DNA from: Patescibacteria group bacterium | GTDB lineage: Bacteria; Patescibacteriota; JABMPQ01; JAHIRA01 | Direction: 5' to 3' | Assembly (NCBI GenBank): GCA_018818205.1 | Contig: JAHISJ010000026.1 | Span: 29,994-93,993, forward strand | Length of the DNA stretch: 64,000 nucleotides | Shown: piece after piece, positions 48,354-58,314 of the stretch | Position numbering within the stretch: the first letter of the stretch is position 1 | Layout of the letters: every line of letters begins with the position of its first letter | Position numbers and translations under genes: made by a program | The notes under the pieces: model-generated | Databases searched by the model: none | The model's input: the letters and a program-made list of their open reading frames with translations, nothing else | Told to the model about the DNA's origin: nothing

Positions 48354-51300
48354 CTATCCCTTCTTAAGCCCAATATCTTCCTTGACTAGCCCCTTCTCAC
48401 CCCCATGAATAGGAACCTTACCCTCAGGAAAGCTAAACCCTTCACGTTTTGGAATAAGCACATAATCGTCATCTCCCACCAAAAAGCCATATCGTCCATC
48501 TGAGTTGGTAACTCTGGCCATGAGAATCCTCCCAAACCGTGGCTCAAAGAGTCTAACTATTACTTTAGAAAGAGTGTAGTTGGTATCAGTATCATAGGTA
48601 TGTCCCCAAGGCTTTGCAATCTTACGAGCGGCAAGCCGTCTAAAGAGAAAGAATAATAGAATGTGAACTACAAATAGGACTGCGGTAAACCACGACGGTG
48701 CAAGCACCAATGCAATAAGCCCCAGAAGTGGACCAAGGAATGAAAACACAAAAGAGATCTTGCGAGCCCTGTCTGCACGTACCATGCGCTTGTCCTCAAT
48801 CGCGATCTCTTCCTTTGAAAGTGTCTGCATGTCCTGCATGGTCGTGACACTCGTTTTAATTGGTTTTCTATACTTATCATCCAAAAATGCCATACCCTGC
48901 GCCGGATCTATTGGTACATCAAAAGCAATGATTCCATCCGTGGTAGACTTTTCATTAACATCAAAACTAAAGATCTCTCCGTTATATACCCGCTTACCCC
49001 CATGCACCGATTTACTGTTAGTGTGAGAAGGAAACGTAAACCCATCCCTAGTTACGGTCATGTAGTAGGCTTTCCCCTTTTCAGCCAAAAAGTAATATCG
49101 TCCCTTTGCATCCGTGACTGATGACTCGAGTAACTTCCCGGTTTCTTTGTCAAAAAGCCTCACAATAGCTAGATCAAGAGGTTCATCTGTCAGCGAATTA
49201 TAAACTGATCCCCACTTTCTCCTGCCTTTGACCGCAAAGAACCTAAATGGCTCGCTAAAGAGTTGTGCAAGGTATTTTAAATACGGAAAAAGTGTCTGAG
49301 CGACTGACACGGATGCAAGAATATTGGTCAATGCGACAAGAGCGGTAAGCGGCACCAATCCTGCATCAACAGCTCTCTTCACTGACTCATTTTGCCAGAC
49401 CGGTTCAAAAAATGCCGCAACAAATCCTTTTTCTTCTACTTGCGGCTCGTCAATGAGTATCTCCTCTTTTTTGTCCTCTACTATTACCTCTTTCTTATCA
49501 TCCTTTTTGTCCTCAACAATGATCTCTGTTTTATCTTCAATAATCACGTCATCCTTTTTGTCCTCTACCGTATCCTCAATAACTTCAATGATCTCAACTG
49601 GTGGCTCCTCAATCGGGGTGATTGGTGTCACTTGAGGAACTTTAGGACCACCAAGAATACCTCTTACAACCGGAGGAACAACACGACTAATAATCCTAGT
49701 TTTTGCCGCATACCCAAATTTCGCTCCATTATATGCGATAAGACTCGTCTTTAAAACGACCTGCCCGGGGTTCCTTTTGGTTGTTGGTTCATAGTTAGAA
49801 AGCGCCTGTGACCCTTCATCAACCGAGACCATATAAAATCCTGCAGACATACCGTACACATCAAACGTTCCTATTCTGCCGGTAGCTCCCGTAAACGCAA
49901 GCGTATCACCAACATCTATTTTGCCATCATGGTTGTTGTCATTATATACACGGACAGTTACACCAGAGATACCTCCCTCGCCTTGATTTTGAACACCATT
50001 TTTATTGATGTCATTAAATACAAGGCCGGAGATACTCCCTTGTGCCCGTACTGTATTTTGAATCGTATTAGAACGTGCACCTAGTCTCCCAGGATTATAC
50101 GCACCTGCTGCACGACTATCTATTACATCCCCATCAAACGCTGTGTTACTCACTAACACCTTAAAGCTGAATGTTCCCTTCTCACCCACCTTAAGCGACC
50201 CAATATCAAAATAGACATTATTTTTCATAGTAACGCTATAGTCACCTTGATCAACGTCCTTTCTGTCACTAATAGCTCGCCCGTTATACATAAGTGAACC
50301 GGAAATATACGAGGTATGCCCCGGAATGCTGTCAGAAATGTAGAACCCAAACGCATCGCCTGAACCGATATTCTCATACGCAACTTCATACAAGAGTTCA
50401 TCTCCTGGTTTTACATCACCATTGCCAAATGTGCCTGAGGTTGCGGTCATGGTTTTTGTAAGAGTAACAACCGGTCCCGTCGATAAAATAGCGTAGAGCT
50501 CAGTGTGCACTGTCTCCTGATTTCCCGCCCTATCTATAGAGAAATATTTGAGTGTCGCTCCTCGACTAATTGTAAAGGGGGCATTATAACGCAATGAATG
50601 TACCGTTGGTGTTGAATTGTCAAGTGTATAATACGTGGCATCACACCCAGAGCCACCGGGATCTTGGCAGATAAGCGTAACGGATACGGGATTTTGGTAG
50701 TTGCCGCCTGCAGGAGAAACGGTTGTAGTTGGAGGAGTTTTATCTTGATTAACCAACACAAAAACAGGAGATGATACAAACGCGCCATTTGTCCCGGAAA
50801 AACCGCGTATGCGCACCTGTGTATTTGGTGCATTAATAAACGGTTCATTAAGCACAGAATCCCATATTGTTGTCACCGCGTTTTTGCCCGATGCGGTAGT
50901 AACATAGCCAGATGAGTTCCCTATTTGGTTTGTATTGTTGTTGTCTACTTTAGGATCACCGGTTGTTGCCGAGGTGTTTGCATCAACAGTGCTGATTGTC
51001 GCTTTACCAAAAGCACCGCCAACTGAATACTCAACGTACGCCTCTGTGTCTGCTGCGTTGTCTTCTGTTTCAACATCAAAGCTAATATCAACGTAGCCGC
51101 TACCACCCTGCCGCTCGCTTGCAGTGAGATTTGAAATAGTTGGTGCTAAACTCGGATACACTAGCGCGCTTGTTCCTACAAATCTAGAAATACTAAAAAG
51201 GGTAACACTTTTGTAAGTAATGGCATCGAGCACGCCTGAATTATCCGATGCACTTGCATCGTTAAACACATCATTAAAGCCGTTAGTATTTTGCTGGGCA

Positions 51301-52277
51301 TACACACCACCGGATTTTGATACAAATAGCTGAGCTCCATCCGTGCTGTTATCACCCGTCACATAAAACAAATCGTTCCTTTCTCCAAAGGTTGAAATTG
51401 AAGTGACACCGGCACTTGCCCCAACGTTCACGAGTGCATATTGCCCTGCACCAGACGCCGTTTGAGACTTACGTACTTCTCCCCCATTAACGTTGCTCGT
51501 ACCTACATACAATTCATTATTATGTACATATAATGCGGTTACTCGACCGTTGTTCACATCGCCAAATCCATCATTATTTACCTGCGCCCAACCTGTACCA
51601 TTGTTTGTTCTGTGAAGCTCACCGCCGGTTGCCAAATTAGTTGTACCAACATATAGATAAGAATTAAAGACAGCCATGGATCGAGGCCAATTGTTACTTG
51701 CATCGCCAAAACCATTATTGACGACTTTAGTAAACGACGTTCCAGTATTGGTTCGCCAAATCTGAAATCCGGCAACATTGTTAAAGGTGCCCACATAGAG
51801 ATACCCGTTAAACACTTCCATGTTGTACATGCGTAGATTTGCAGCCTCACCAAAACCATCCCCGCCTACCTGTGACCAACTGGATCCGTCAGATGTACGC
51901 CACACCTCTCCAGGATCAACCTCTTTACCCGTTCCAAGATACAAAAAACCATCGTACACTTTCATGGAATGACACGAAGAATTGCTCACCTCACCAAATC
52001 CTCCACTTAAAACCTTACTCCACGTAAGTGCGTCAGTGCTCTTCCAAACCTGCACACCACCGGAATTTGACGTACACGCATACAAATCACCGTTAAACTC
52101 TGCCATGGCACCAGCATCTAAATTTCCTGCTTCACCAAAACCTGCGCTGCCTGACTCGAAAAAGGGATACGCTGCATGTGCACTATACGCAACAAAAAAC
52201 ATACACACAAAAATCGCAAAACTAATAAGCGATGTGTAGATTAACGAAAAGTATTTTTTGTTTGATTTAGTACGCAC
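48354..52277 (-). CDS. Giant (1307 aa) cell-surface adhesin-like protein
   Basis: Signal/TM N-terminus. About 7 beta-propeller-type repeats (GFGDxxN...FNGYLYVGT...W). A DUF11-type conserved repeat domain, an SdrD/Cna-B-type domain, and an acidic K/E/D linker. C-terminal region with TM helices and two carboxypeptidase-regulatory-like domains. Confidence 0.6.
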   Translation of the reverse strand: MRTKSNKKYFSLIYTSLISFAIFVCMFFVAYSAHAAYPFFESGSAGFGEAGNLDAGAMAEFNGDLYACTSNSGGVQVWKSTDALTWSKVLSGGFGEVSNSSCHSMKVYDGFLYLGTGKEVDPGEVWRTSDGSSWSQVGGDGFGEAANLRMYNMEVFNGYLYVGTFNNVAGFQIWRTNTGTSFTKVVNNGFGDASNNWPRSMAVFNSYLYVGTTNLATGGELHRTNNGTGWAQVNNDGFGDVNNGRVTALYVHNNELYVGTSNVNGGEVRKSQTASGAGQYALVNVGASAGVTSISTFGERNDLFYVTGDNSTDGAQLFVSKSGGVYAQQNTNGFNDVFNDASASDNSGVLDAITYKSVTLFSISRFVGTSALVYPSLAPTISNLTASERQGGSGYVDISFDVETEDNAADTEAYVEYSVGGAFGKATISTVDANTSATTGDPKVDNNNTNQIGNSSGYVTTASGKNAVTTIWDSVLNEPFINAPNTQVRIRGFSGTNGAFVSSPVFVLVNQDKTPPTTTVSPAGGNYQNPVSVTLICQDPGGSGCDATYYTLDNSTPTVHSLRYNAPFTISRGATLKYFSIDRAGNQETVHTELYAILSTGPVVTLTKTMTATSGTFGNGDVKPGDELLYEVAYENIGSGDAFGFYISDSIPGHTSYISGSLMYNGRAISDRKDVDQGDYSVTMKNNVYFDIGSLKVGEKGTFSFKVLVSNTAFDGDVIDSRAAGAYNPGRLGARSNTIQNTVRAQGSISGLVFNDINKNGVQNQGEGGISGVTVRVYNDNNHDGKIDVGDTLAFTGATGRIGTFDVYGMSAGFYMVSVDEGSQALSNYEPTTKRNPGQVVLKTSLIAYNGAKFGYAAKTRIISRVVPPVVRGILGGPKVPQVTPITPIEEPPVEIIEVIEDTVEDKKDDVIIEDKTEIIVEDKKDDKKEVIVEDKKEEILIDEPQVEEKGFVAAFFEPVWQNESVKRAVDAGLVPLTALVALTNILASVSVAQTLFPYLKYLAQLFSEPFRFFAVKGRRKWGSVYNSLTDEPLDLAIVRLFDKETGKLLESSVTDAKGRYYFLAEKGKAYYMTVTRDGFTFPSHTNSKSVHGGKRVYNGEIFSFDVNEKSTTDGIIAFDVPIDPAQGMAFLDDKYRKPIKTSVTTMQDMQTLSKEEIAIEDKRMVRADRARKISFVFSFLGPLLGLIALVLAPSWFTAVLFVVHILLFFLFRRLAARKIAKPWGHTYDTDTNYTLSKVIVRLFEPRFGRILMARVTNSDGRYGFLVGDDDYVLIPKREGFSFPEGKVPIHGGEKGLVKEDIGLKKG

Positions 52278-52324
52278 AAACGTCGTCCATTATGAACGAT
52301 TGGTAAATGAAAAATAGTTCAGAA

Positions 52325-52400
52325 AATAAGAATTGGTACTCCCAAGGGGAATTGAACCCCTGTTTTCGGGATGAGAACCCGATGTCCTAGTCCACTAGAC
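52325..52400 (-). tRNA. tRNA-Glu (anticodon CUC), CCA encoded
   Basis: Minus strand reads GCTCCCATCGTCTAGTGGACTAGGACATCGGGTTCTCATCCCGAAAACAGGGGTTCAATTCCCCTTGGGAGTACCA. Anticodon loop TTCTCAT. Acceptor pair G1-U72. Confidence 0.8.
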
Positions 52401-52454
52401 GATGGGAGCATACACTTACTTTACCCAACAAATACACACAAAACAAGTGTTTTT

Positions 52455-53726
52455 CTATGTACTTTGAGGCACAATGAGCGCTCTCACAATCTCCTCCATA
52501 TGCATCAATCGAGACCCCTTTATTAAGAGCAAATCACCTTCTGCCATATAGTGCTCAGAAAGTGCTTGGATCAACTCTTGCTTGTCAGTAAAATGAGCAA
52601 AGCATTTTTTTTCCGGACACGTTTTTTGCGCTTCATCGGTTATAAATGCTGCTCTATCGCCATACGTAAGGAGACAATCTACCGAATCGCATACTTTTTT
52701 CCCCACTTCCCTGTGCCCTTTTTCTGTGTGTACTCCAAGTTCTAGCATATCACCAAGGACTGCAATTTTTTTGCCTTTTGCATCTAAAAGGCGTGTGGTA
52801 CCGAGTGCCGCATCGCATGACGCGGGCGATGCATTAAAGGTATCATCAATAATGATTGAATTTTTAATTCCTTTTAATGCCTCCATTCTATGATGCGGCG
52901 GTTTGAAATGAGTGAGCGCCGCAGCAATTTCCACAAGGTTCATCTCAAACGTCAGCCCAATAACAATCGAGAAGAGAGAGGGGTAAATCTGGTGAACACT
53001 AAAAATGTGGGGAAGCCTAATCGGAATACTGTTTTGTTCATAGTGTAACTTGTACGTAATACCGCACGGATTGCTCTTCCCTCTATAAAAAATATCATCT
53101 GAACAAATGTTAGGACTTTCGGCAAAATAATCCGCATCATTATCAAAACCAATGCGAATAACGTTACGCGTTACTTTCCTTAGAGCCTTCACTACACGAT
53201 CATCATCCATATTTACCAGCGCAAGTGCCCTGGGGCTAAGCAGAGAAATGATGCTCATTTTCTCACGAGTAAATGCTTCAATATCCTTAAAATTTTCTAC
53301 ATGCGAGGGAATATCTGAAATCGCTGTCAATACCCCAACATCAACAGTACCTAAATACTCATACACCTTTTTTATGTCACCCGGATTTTTGACACGAATC
53401 TCTAGGATCACAAACTCTGCAAAAGTGCTCTGGAAAAAATAGTTGCTGTATCCTCGTAAAAGCATACGAACCATATCAAACCATCCGTGTGGGTCTCTTC
53501 CCTCACCAAGAATAGCTATGGGGATGCTCTCCCTGTCATCAAGCGCACTATCATAGTTTTTTATACACCGGTACTTTTTTGAAAGCACGGCAAAACAAGC
53601 TTCTCTGGTGCTTGTTTTCCCCACTGACCCAGTAATTGCCACAATTTTTGGCGAATACTTTACGAGAAACTTTTTTGACAAAGCCTGAATAGATTCAATT
53701 GCTTTTTTTCTGAAAAATGATTTCAT
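52455..53726 (-). CDS. Mur ligase family protein (MurF/MurE-like) with a very short N-terminal domain
   Basis: P-loop ITGSVGKTSTRE at residues 31-42; central and C-terminal Mur ligase domains present (ALVNMDD..., DDTFNASPAS). Sits in the murE/murF position after ftsI. Confidence 0.6.
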   Translation of the reverse strand: MKSFFRKKAIESIQALSKKFLVKYSPKIVAITGSVGKTSTREACFAVLSKKYRCIKNYDSALDDRESIPIAILGEGRDPHGWFDMVRMLLRGYSNYFFQSTFAEFVILEIRVKNPGDIKKVYEYLGTVDVGVLTAISDIPSHVENFKDIEAFTREKMSIISLLSPRALALVNMDDDRVVKALRKVTRNVIRIGFDNDADYFAESPNICSDDIFYRGKSNPCGITYKLHYEQNSIPIRLPHIFSVHQIYPSLFSIVIGLTFEMNLVEIAAALTHFKPPHHRMEALKGIKNSIIIDDTFNASPASCDAALGTTRLLDAKGKKIAVLGDMLELGVHTEKGHREVGKKVCDSVDCLLTYGDRAAFITDEAQKTCPEKKCFAHFTDKQELIQALSEHYMAEGDLLLIKGSRLMHMEEIVRALIVPQST

Positions 53727-55501
53727 TTGTCTACCTTTTCTGTTGGTGGAATTTGATAATATTTAATAAGTTCCTCGGCGATTTTCTTAAATGTCGGCGC
53801 TGCTGTGGACGCTCCCCACACATCACCACCGGGATTGTTAAACTTGACCAGTACTACAAACTTGGGATCATGTACCGGGCCAAAACCAACAAATGACGTA
53901 ATCTTCTTATTTGGATCGTATCCGCGAGCACCTTCCTTTGCGACCTGAGCCGTGCCTGTTTTACCCGCAATTTTGTATCCGGGTATTTTTGCGGTATTTG
54001 CATTTCCATGTTCTACCACGCTCACCATCATAGCTGCGACTGTATCGGCAGTTGATTTGGATACTGCTTCACGATGAAAATCAGTCGGTACCAATTCTTC
54101 TGACTCATCTGAATGAATGTACTTTTTAACAATATGGGGCTTAACAAGCTTGCCACCATTGGCGATCGATGCCATAGCATTCACCAATCTAAGAGGTGTA
54201 ACAGCAACACCTTGTCCAAACGAGACAGTAGCAAGATCAACTTCTGACCACGTCCGCGGTTCAGAAATGTTTGTCATTGCCTCAGAATTTAAATCGATTC
54301 CCGTAAGATCGGTAAACCCAAATCGCTCAAGATAATTGTAGAGTCTGTCGCGTCCAAGCATGTTGCCAACCTGGACCATACCAATATTGCTTGAGCGTTC
54401 TAAAACTTCAGTAATAGTGATGTTTCCGTTTGCGGCAAGATCGGAGTTTTTGATCGTATACTTGTCGATCTTCACTGACCCTGAATCCTCAATAACGGTA
54501 TTGGGTGAGATAAGACCACTATTGATTGCAGCAGCTACGACCAGTGGCTTAAACGCAGACCCTGGCTCATACAATTCATAAATAGCTGTGTTCGTAAACA
54601 CCCCTACATCGTCAACTTTTGAGTACTCGTTTGGATTAAAGTCCGGAGAGTTGGCAAGTGCTATTATTTCTCCGTTGGTTGGATCCATTATGACTACGCT
54701 CCCGCTTTCCGCGCCAAATTGTTCAACCGACTCTTTGAGAATCTTTTCAACTTTATACTGAATGACGCGATCAATCGTAAGTACTAAATGAGATCCATCA
54801 GTCGCCTCGGTAAAAAGTTTTCTCCCACCAATGACAAATCGTCCAAGCGCATCTTTGTCTGCCGCCAAAAATCCTTTTTCACCTGCAAGCTTCGTATCAT
54901 AGTATCCTTCCAGTCCATATTTACCCGTTTGTTTGTCACCTTCGTACCCTAAAAACCCAAGGATGTGTGAAGCAAATTCATTTTCTGTGTAGTATCTGAC
55001 ATGCTCCGGTTGATATGAAATACCTCTGATGTGTTCCTCCATCACTTCATCCTTAACATCCTCGGGTACTCTCCTTTTTATTGGCTCATACACGTCGTCC
55101 TCTTTTGATAATCGAGCATATATTTCTTCAGTAGGCATATCCAAAACATCATGGAGCTTTTCTGACGTTCCATGAGGATCTTCAACGCTTCTAGGAACGG
55201 CATAGATCAGATACATTTTTTTGTTCACCGCAAGCGGATATAGATCCTTAGAAAATTTATCCTCAATATAGATAGTTCCTCGCGAGGGAAATAAATCTTC
55301 AAAAATTTGATGCTGACCAGATGCAAGTGCACTGTAGTAGTTCCCTCTAAGAATCTGAACATCAAAAAGTCGCCCAAGCACAATTACCAAGACGACAATA
55401 ACTGCAATAATTAACGTATTTATTCGAGAAGAAACACCCGAACTATTCTGATTTTTCTCCTGCGTTTTACGATATGTGTAAGGTCTTCTCTTCTGTCTCA
55501 T
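53723..55501 (-). CDS. ftsI: Penicillin-binding protein 2/3 family transpeptidase (FtsI)
   Basis: N-terminal TM and PBP dimerisation domain. Transpeptidase motifs SAFK (GSAFKPLVVAAA), SSN (RSSN) and KTGT (AGKTGTAQ). Confidence 0.85.
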   Translation of the reverse strand: MRQKRRPYTYRKTQEKNQNSSGVSSRINTLIIAVIVVLVIVLGRLFDVQILRGNYYSALASGQHQIFEDLFPSRGTIYIEDKFSKDLYPLAVNKKMYLIYAVPRSVEDPHGTSEKLHDVLDMPTEEIYARLSKEDDVYEPIKRRVPEDVKDEVMEEHIRGISYQPEHVRYYTENEFASHILGFLGYEGDKQTGKYGLEGYYDTKLAGEKGFLAADKDALGRFVIGGRKLFTEATDGSHLVLTIDRVIQYKVEKILKESVEQFGAESGSVVIMDPTNGEIIALANSPDFNPNEYSKVDDVGVFTNTAIYELYEPGSAFKPLVVAAAINSGLISPNTVIEDSGSVKIDKYTIKNSDLAANGNITITEVLERSSNIGMVQVGNMLGRDRLYNYLERFGFTDLTGIDLNSEAMTNISEPRTWSEVDLATVSFGQGVAVTPLRLVNAMASIANGGKLVKPHIVKKYIHSDESEELVPTDFHREAVSKSTADTVAAMMVSVVEHGNANTAKIPGYKIAGKTGTAQVAKEGARGYDPNKKITSFVGFGPVHDPKFVVLVKFNNPGGDVWGASTAAPTFKKIAEELIKYYQIPPTEKVDK

Positions 55502-55735
55502 ACACCACTTTGCACTCCTTTCAGTTTAGAGATAGGCTCTAGTCTTGATCACTCAAATATGCTACACTTTAGGTGGCTCTACTCGGATCTTCAGTGATCA
55601 TATTTGGCTCAACACCATTTACATTGGTTCTCCGTTGTCTACAGATTCGCGATTCGCGATCGGTAGCAGGTAAACCACTTTCAATATATGGAACCAAATT
55701 ATATCATCGAACAAGCCGGTAGAGCTTTTTAAATA

Positions 55736-56107
55736 CTACAAATCATCATTTGCTGCAGCAACGACTGAACCGGTTGACTTTATGTATACCATGTCTTGCA
55801 CGGGAACCATATTGATTTCCTCCACAGAACGTTCAATGGAATCAAGCGATCTAAGCTCAGCTGCTTTTACCTCAAGATCCTTATTTTGATCTTTTAACTC
55901 TTCGATTTCATCTTGCAGTGCAGAGACCTCAAATCCGGTCGTTGATGATTGAAACACTTGCGTTAAGAAAAACAAACTCAGCACACAAAAAAGCACGACA
56001 ATAGCGATAGTGAGTGTCACTGGACCAACTCTAAATGGTTGAGACAGCGTTCTATTTCTCACTCCTTTTCTATTCTTTTTTCGTGTGACGGTTAAATATT
56101 TTCCCAT
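55736..56107 (-). CDS. ftsL: FtsL/FtsB-like cell division protein (single TM plus coiled coil)
   Basis: TM VTLTIAIVVLFCVLSLFFL followed by a heptad coiled coil (ALQDEIEELKDQNKDLEVKAAELRSL). Sits in the canonical dcw position. Confidence 0.5.
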   Translation of the reverse strand: MGKYLTVTRKKNRKGVRNRTLSQPFRVGPVTLTIAIVVLFCVLSLFFLTQVFQSSTTGFEVSALQDEIEELKDQNKDLEVKAAELRSLDSIERSVEEINMVPVQDMVYIKSTGSVVAAANDDL

Positions 56108-56112
56108 GTGTA

Positions 56113-57039
56113 TTATCTTTTTTCTACAACGCGTAATTTTGCACTGCGTCCTCGCGGATTAGTGCTAATCTCTTTTTCTGAAGGCACTACTGGTTTTCTT
56201 GTAAGCACCTCAACCCTTTGTTCATGTTCGCATATACATAGGGGGCTTTTTGGCGGACAAATGCATTCCTTACTTTCTGCTCTAAATAATTGTTTAACTA
56301 CTCTGTCCTCAAGCGAATGATATGAAATTACGGCAACGCGCCCCTTTGGCTTTACAACAGACAGCGCAGCGGTAAGCCCTTTTTTTAATTCCTCAAGCTC
56401 ATTATTGACTTCTATCCTGAGTGACTGAAACACTTGAGCCAAATACTTGTTCTCCTTTCCAATGTAGAACCTGGGCATAGCCTCTTTTGCAAGTGCGCAT
56501 AGATCGCTTGTCGTTTCTACTCTTGTGTCTCGATTCATAACAATGTGCCGTGCAAGTTTTGCGTTGTTCTTAAGCTCTCCGTACTCCTTAAACAATGCTC
56601 TCAACTCATCAAATGAATACTCGTTTACTACATCTGCTGCGGTCTTTCCTCGACTTTCAGAAAAACGCATATCGAGTGGTTCAGTCCGTTTAAAACTAAA
56701 TCCTCTACCACTTTGATCAAGTTGAAACGATGACAGACCAAGATCAAAGAGCACTCCAGAGATTGGCGATATTCCAGCGTTTAAAACTATTTCATCAAGA
56801 TTCCCAAACGTATCATTCACGGGAACAAATCGGTCTCCATACTGCTGCAGAGAATCTCTAGCCTCAGCCAGTGCTTGCAAATCTAAATCAATGCCAATGA
56901 GCTTTCCACTTGGAGACGTCTTCTCAAGAATTGTTGCAGCGTGTCCACCACCACCAAGGTTACAATCAATAAGGTGTTCGTTTTGCTTTGGACTCAGAAA
57001 CTCAACAACCTCGCTCAGTAAAACAGGTTTGTGGAACAT
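56113..57039 (-). CDS. rsmH: 16S rRNA (cytosine1402-N4)-methyltransferase RsmH (MraW)
   Basis: MFHKPVLLSEVVEFL...DCNLGGGGHAATIL...GIDLD SAM-binding motifs. Confidence 0.9.
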   Translation of the reverse strand: MFHKPVLLSEVVEFLSPKQNEHLIDCNLGGGGHAATILEKTSPSGKLIGIDLDLQALAEARDSLQQYGDRFVPVNDTFGNLDEIVLNAGISPISGVLFDLGLSSFQLDQSGRGFSFKRTEPLDMRFSESRGKTAADVVNEYSFDELRALFKEYGELKNNAKLARHIVMNRDTRVETTSDLCALAKEAMPRFYIGKENKYLAQVFQSLRIEVNNELEELKKGLTAALSVVKPKGRVAVISYHSLEDRVVKQLFRAESKECICPPKSPLCICEHEQRVEVLTRKPVVPSEKEISTNPRGRSAKLRVVEKR

Positions 57040-57041
57040 AA

Positions 57042-57473
57042 TTAAACCCCTAGTTCAGAAAGTTGTTCAGCAATTTCCTCACTCTGCTTTTCTGTTTCTG
57101 CCTTATATGTACTCCACTTTTTCTCATCCCAAATTTCTAACCGACTATAGAGACCGGCAATAACGCTGCTCTTAACAATGCCCGCATACGTTCGTAAATA
57201 CTCAGGAATAGTGATTCTCCCTTGTTTATCAAGTGATACATCCATAGCACCCGCAAGCATCAATCGCGAAAAAGCACGAGTATTTTTCTGACTCATAGGA
57301 AGTGAACTCAGTTTACGCGCTATCTCCTCCCACTCTTTTTTTGTGTATAAAAAGAGGCACGAATCAAGTCCACGCGTAATAACCGCGCCTTTAAGCAATG
57401 CGCTTCTAAACTTCTTAGGCACTGCAAGCCTTCCTTTACTGTCTATTGAGTAACTATATTCTCCGATAAACAT
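57042..57473 (-). CDS. mraZ: Transcriptional regulator MraZ
   Basis: MFIGEYSYSIDSKGRLAVPKKFR...DKQGRITIP duplicated SpoVT/AbrB-like MraZ halves. Confidence 0.9.
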   Translation of the reverse strand: MFIGEYSYSIDSKGRLAVPKKFRSALLKGAVITRGLDSCLFLYTKKEWEEIARKLSSLPMSQKNTRAFSRLMLAGAMDVSLDKQGRITIPEYLRTYAGIVKSSVIAGLYSRLEIWDEKKWSTYKAETEKQSEEIAEQLSELGV

Positions 57474-57489
57474 TGCGGCATGTTAGGAT

Positions 57490-57552
57490 TAAAAGTAGAG
57501 TTATCCACAACTCGCTCCCCATATCCCCACTTTTGTACACATTTTTTATATG
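57490..57552 (-). promoter_or_regulatory. Candidate MraZ boxes: three helically phased direct repeats (TGGGGATA/GTGGATA) upstream of mraZ
   Basis: Minus-strand repeats at about 57543-57550, 57512-57519 and 57492-57499 (spacing 31 and 20 nt) with an extra GGGGAG. MraZ is known to bind spaced TGGGN-type direct repeats in its own promoter. Confidence 0.45.
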
Positions 57553-57639
57553 TATCCCCATTGTACACCACCGCCACTCACCCCGCAAGTATGAGACTGT
57601 GTACAAATAGAAACTGAGCGGTCCCTCCCCCTTTCCAAG

Positions 57640-57700
57640 AGAGAGGGACCAGGACAAAAAAAAGACCCCTGCAGGTCTTTTTAAATCTATAGTATTGTTC
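57640..57700 (-). terminator. Terminator after the wHTH regulator gene, followed by a GC-rich hairpin of the same family as R1/R2
   Basis: Minus strand reads AAAAAGACCTGCAGGGGTCTTTTTTTTG, then GGTCCCTCTCTCTTGGAAAGGGGGAGGGACC. Confidence 0.55.
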
Positions 57701-57711
57701 TTAAACTTTCC

Positions 57712-58314
57712 TTAAAACGACTTCACTATCTTCTTAACTGGAGCAGCAACCTTCTTTTCTTCATCAATTTTATTGATGAGTTCAATATAATCTCCGTCAT
57801 AAATCCGTCGTATAAATCGGTCGCCATATTCTTTTCTAAATAGATATTCACCTGTTTTCATAAGTGAATAATTGAGCTCGTTCCCATCTTCTTTTTCAAG
57901 TTTAGTTACAACCTTCTTTACCTCAACTTTGTCGAAGTCACCAACAAGCAACAAATCAACACTACTTGGTGATTGAGTAAATCGTCCTGAAAGCACCACT
58001 AACGTTGGTGTTCCCGCTTTTTCTATAAGACTAATCATCTTCTCACGTGGCATAGTACTTGCCTTAACAATGAGCGCTCTGAGTTCCTTGTAATAATGAA
58101 AGTTTTTATCAACTTGGTAGTATCGCCGCTTATCATTCCTAAAATCAGAGAGAAGACCCATTTTGGATAGATTTTCTAGCTCACGACGAACAGAATTGAT
58201 ACGCTCATCAATCTGACGTGTAAGCTCTCTCACATAATATTTCTTATCCGGATTTCGTAAAAAGAGGGATAAGAGTTTTAATCTGGTTTTTGAACTAAAT
58301 AGATGTTCAAGCAT
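57712..58314 (-). CDS. Winged-helix DNA-binding transcriptional regulator, hypothetical
   Basis: N-terminal wHTH (TRLKLLSLFLRNPDKKYYVRELTRQIDERINSVRRELENLSKMGLL). Start placed at the Met 23 codons inside the ORF-track ORF. Confidence 0.45.
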   Translation of the reverse strand: MLEHLFSSKTRLKLLSLFLRNPDKKYYVRELTRQIDERINSVRRELENLSKMGLLSDFRNDKRRYYQVDKNFHYYKELRALIVKASTMPREKMISLIEKAGTPTLVVLSGRFTQSPSSVDLLLVGDFDKVEVKKVVTKLEKEDGNELNYSLMKTGEYLFRKEYGDRFIRRIYDGDYIELINKIDEEKKVAAPVKKIVKSF

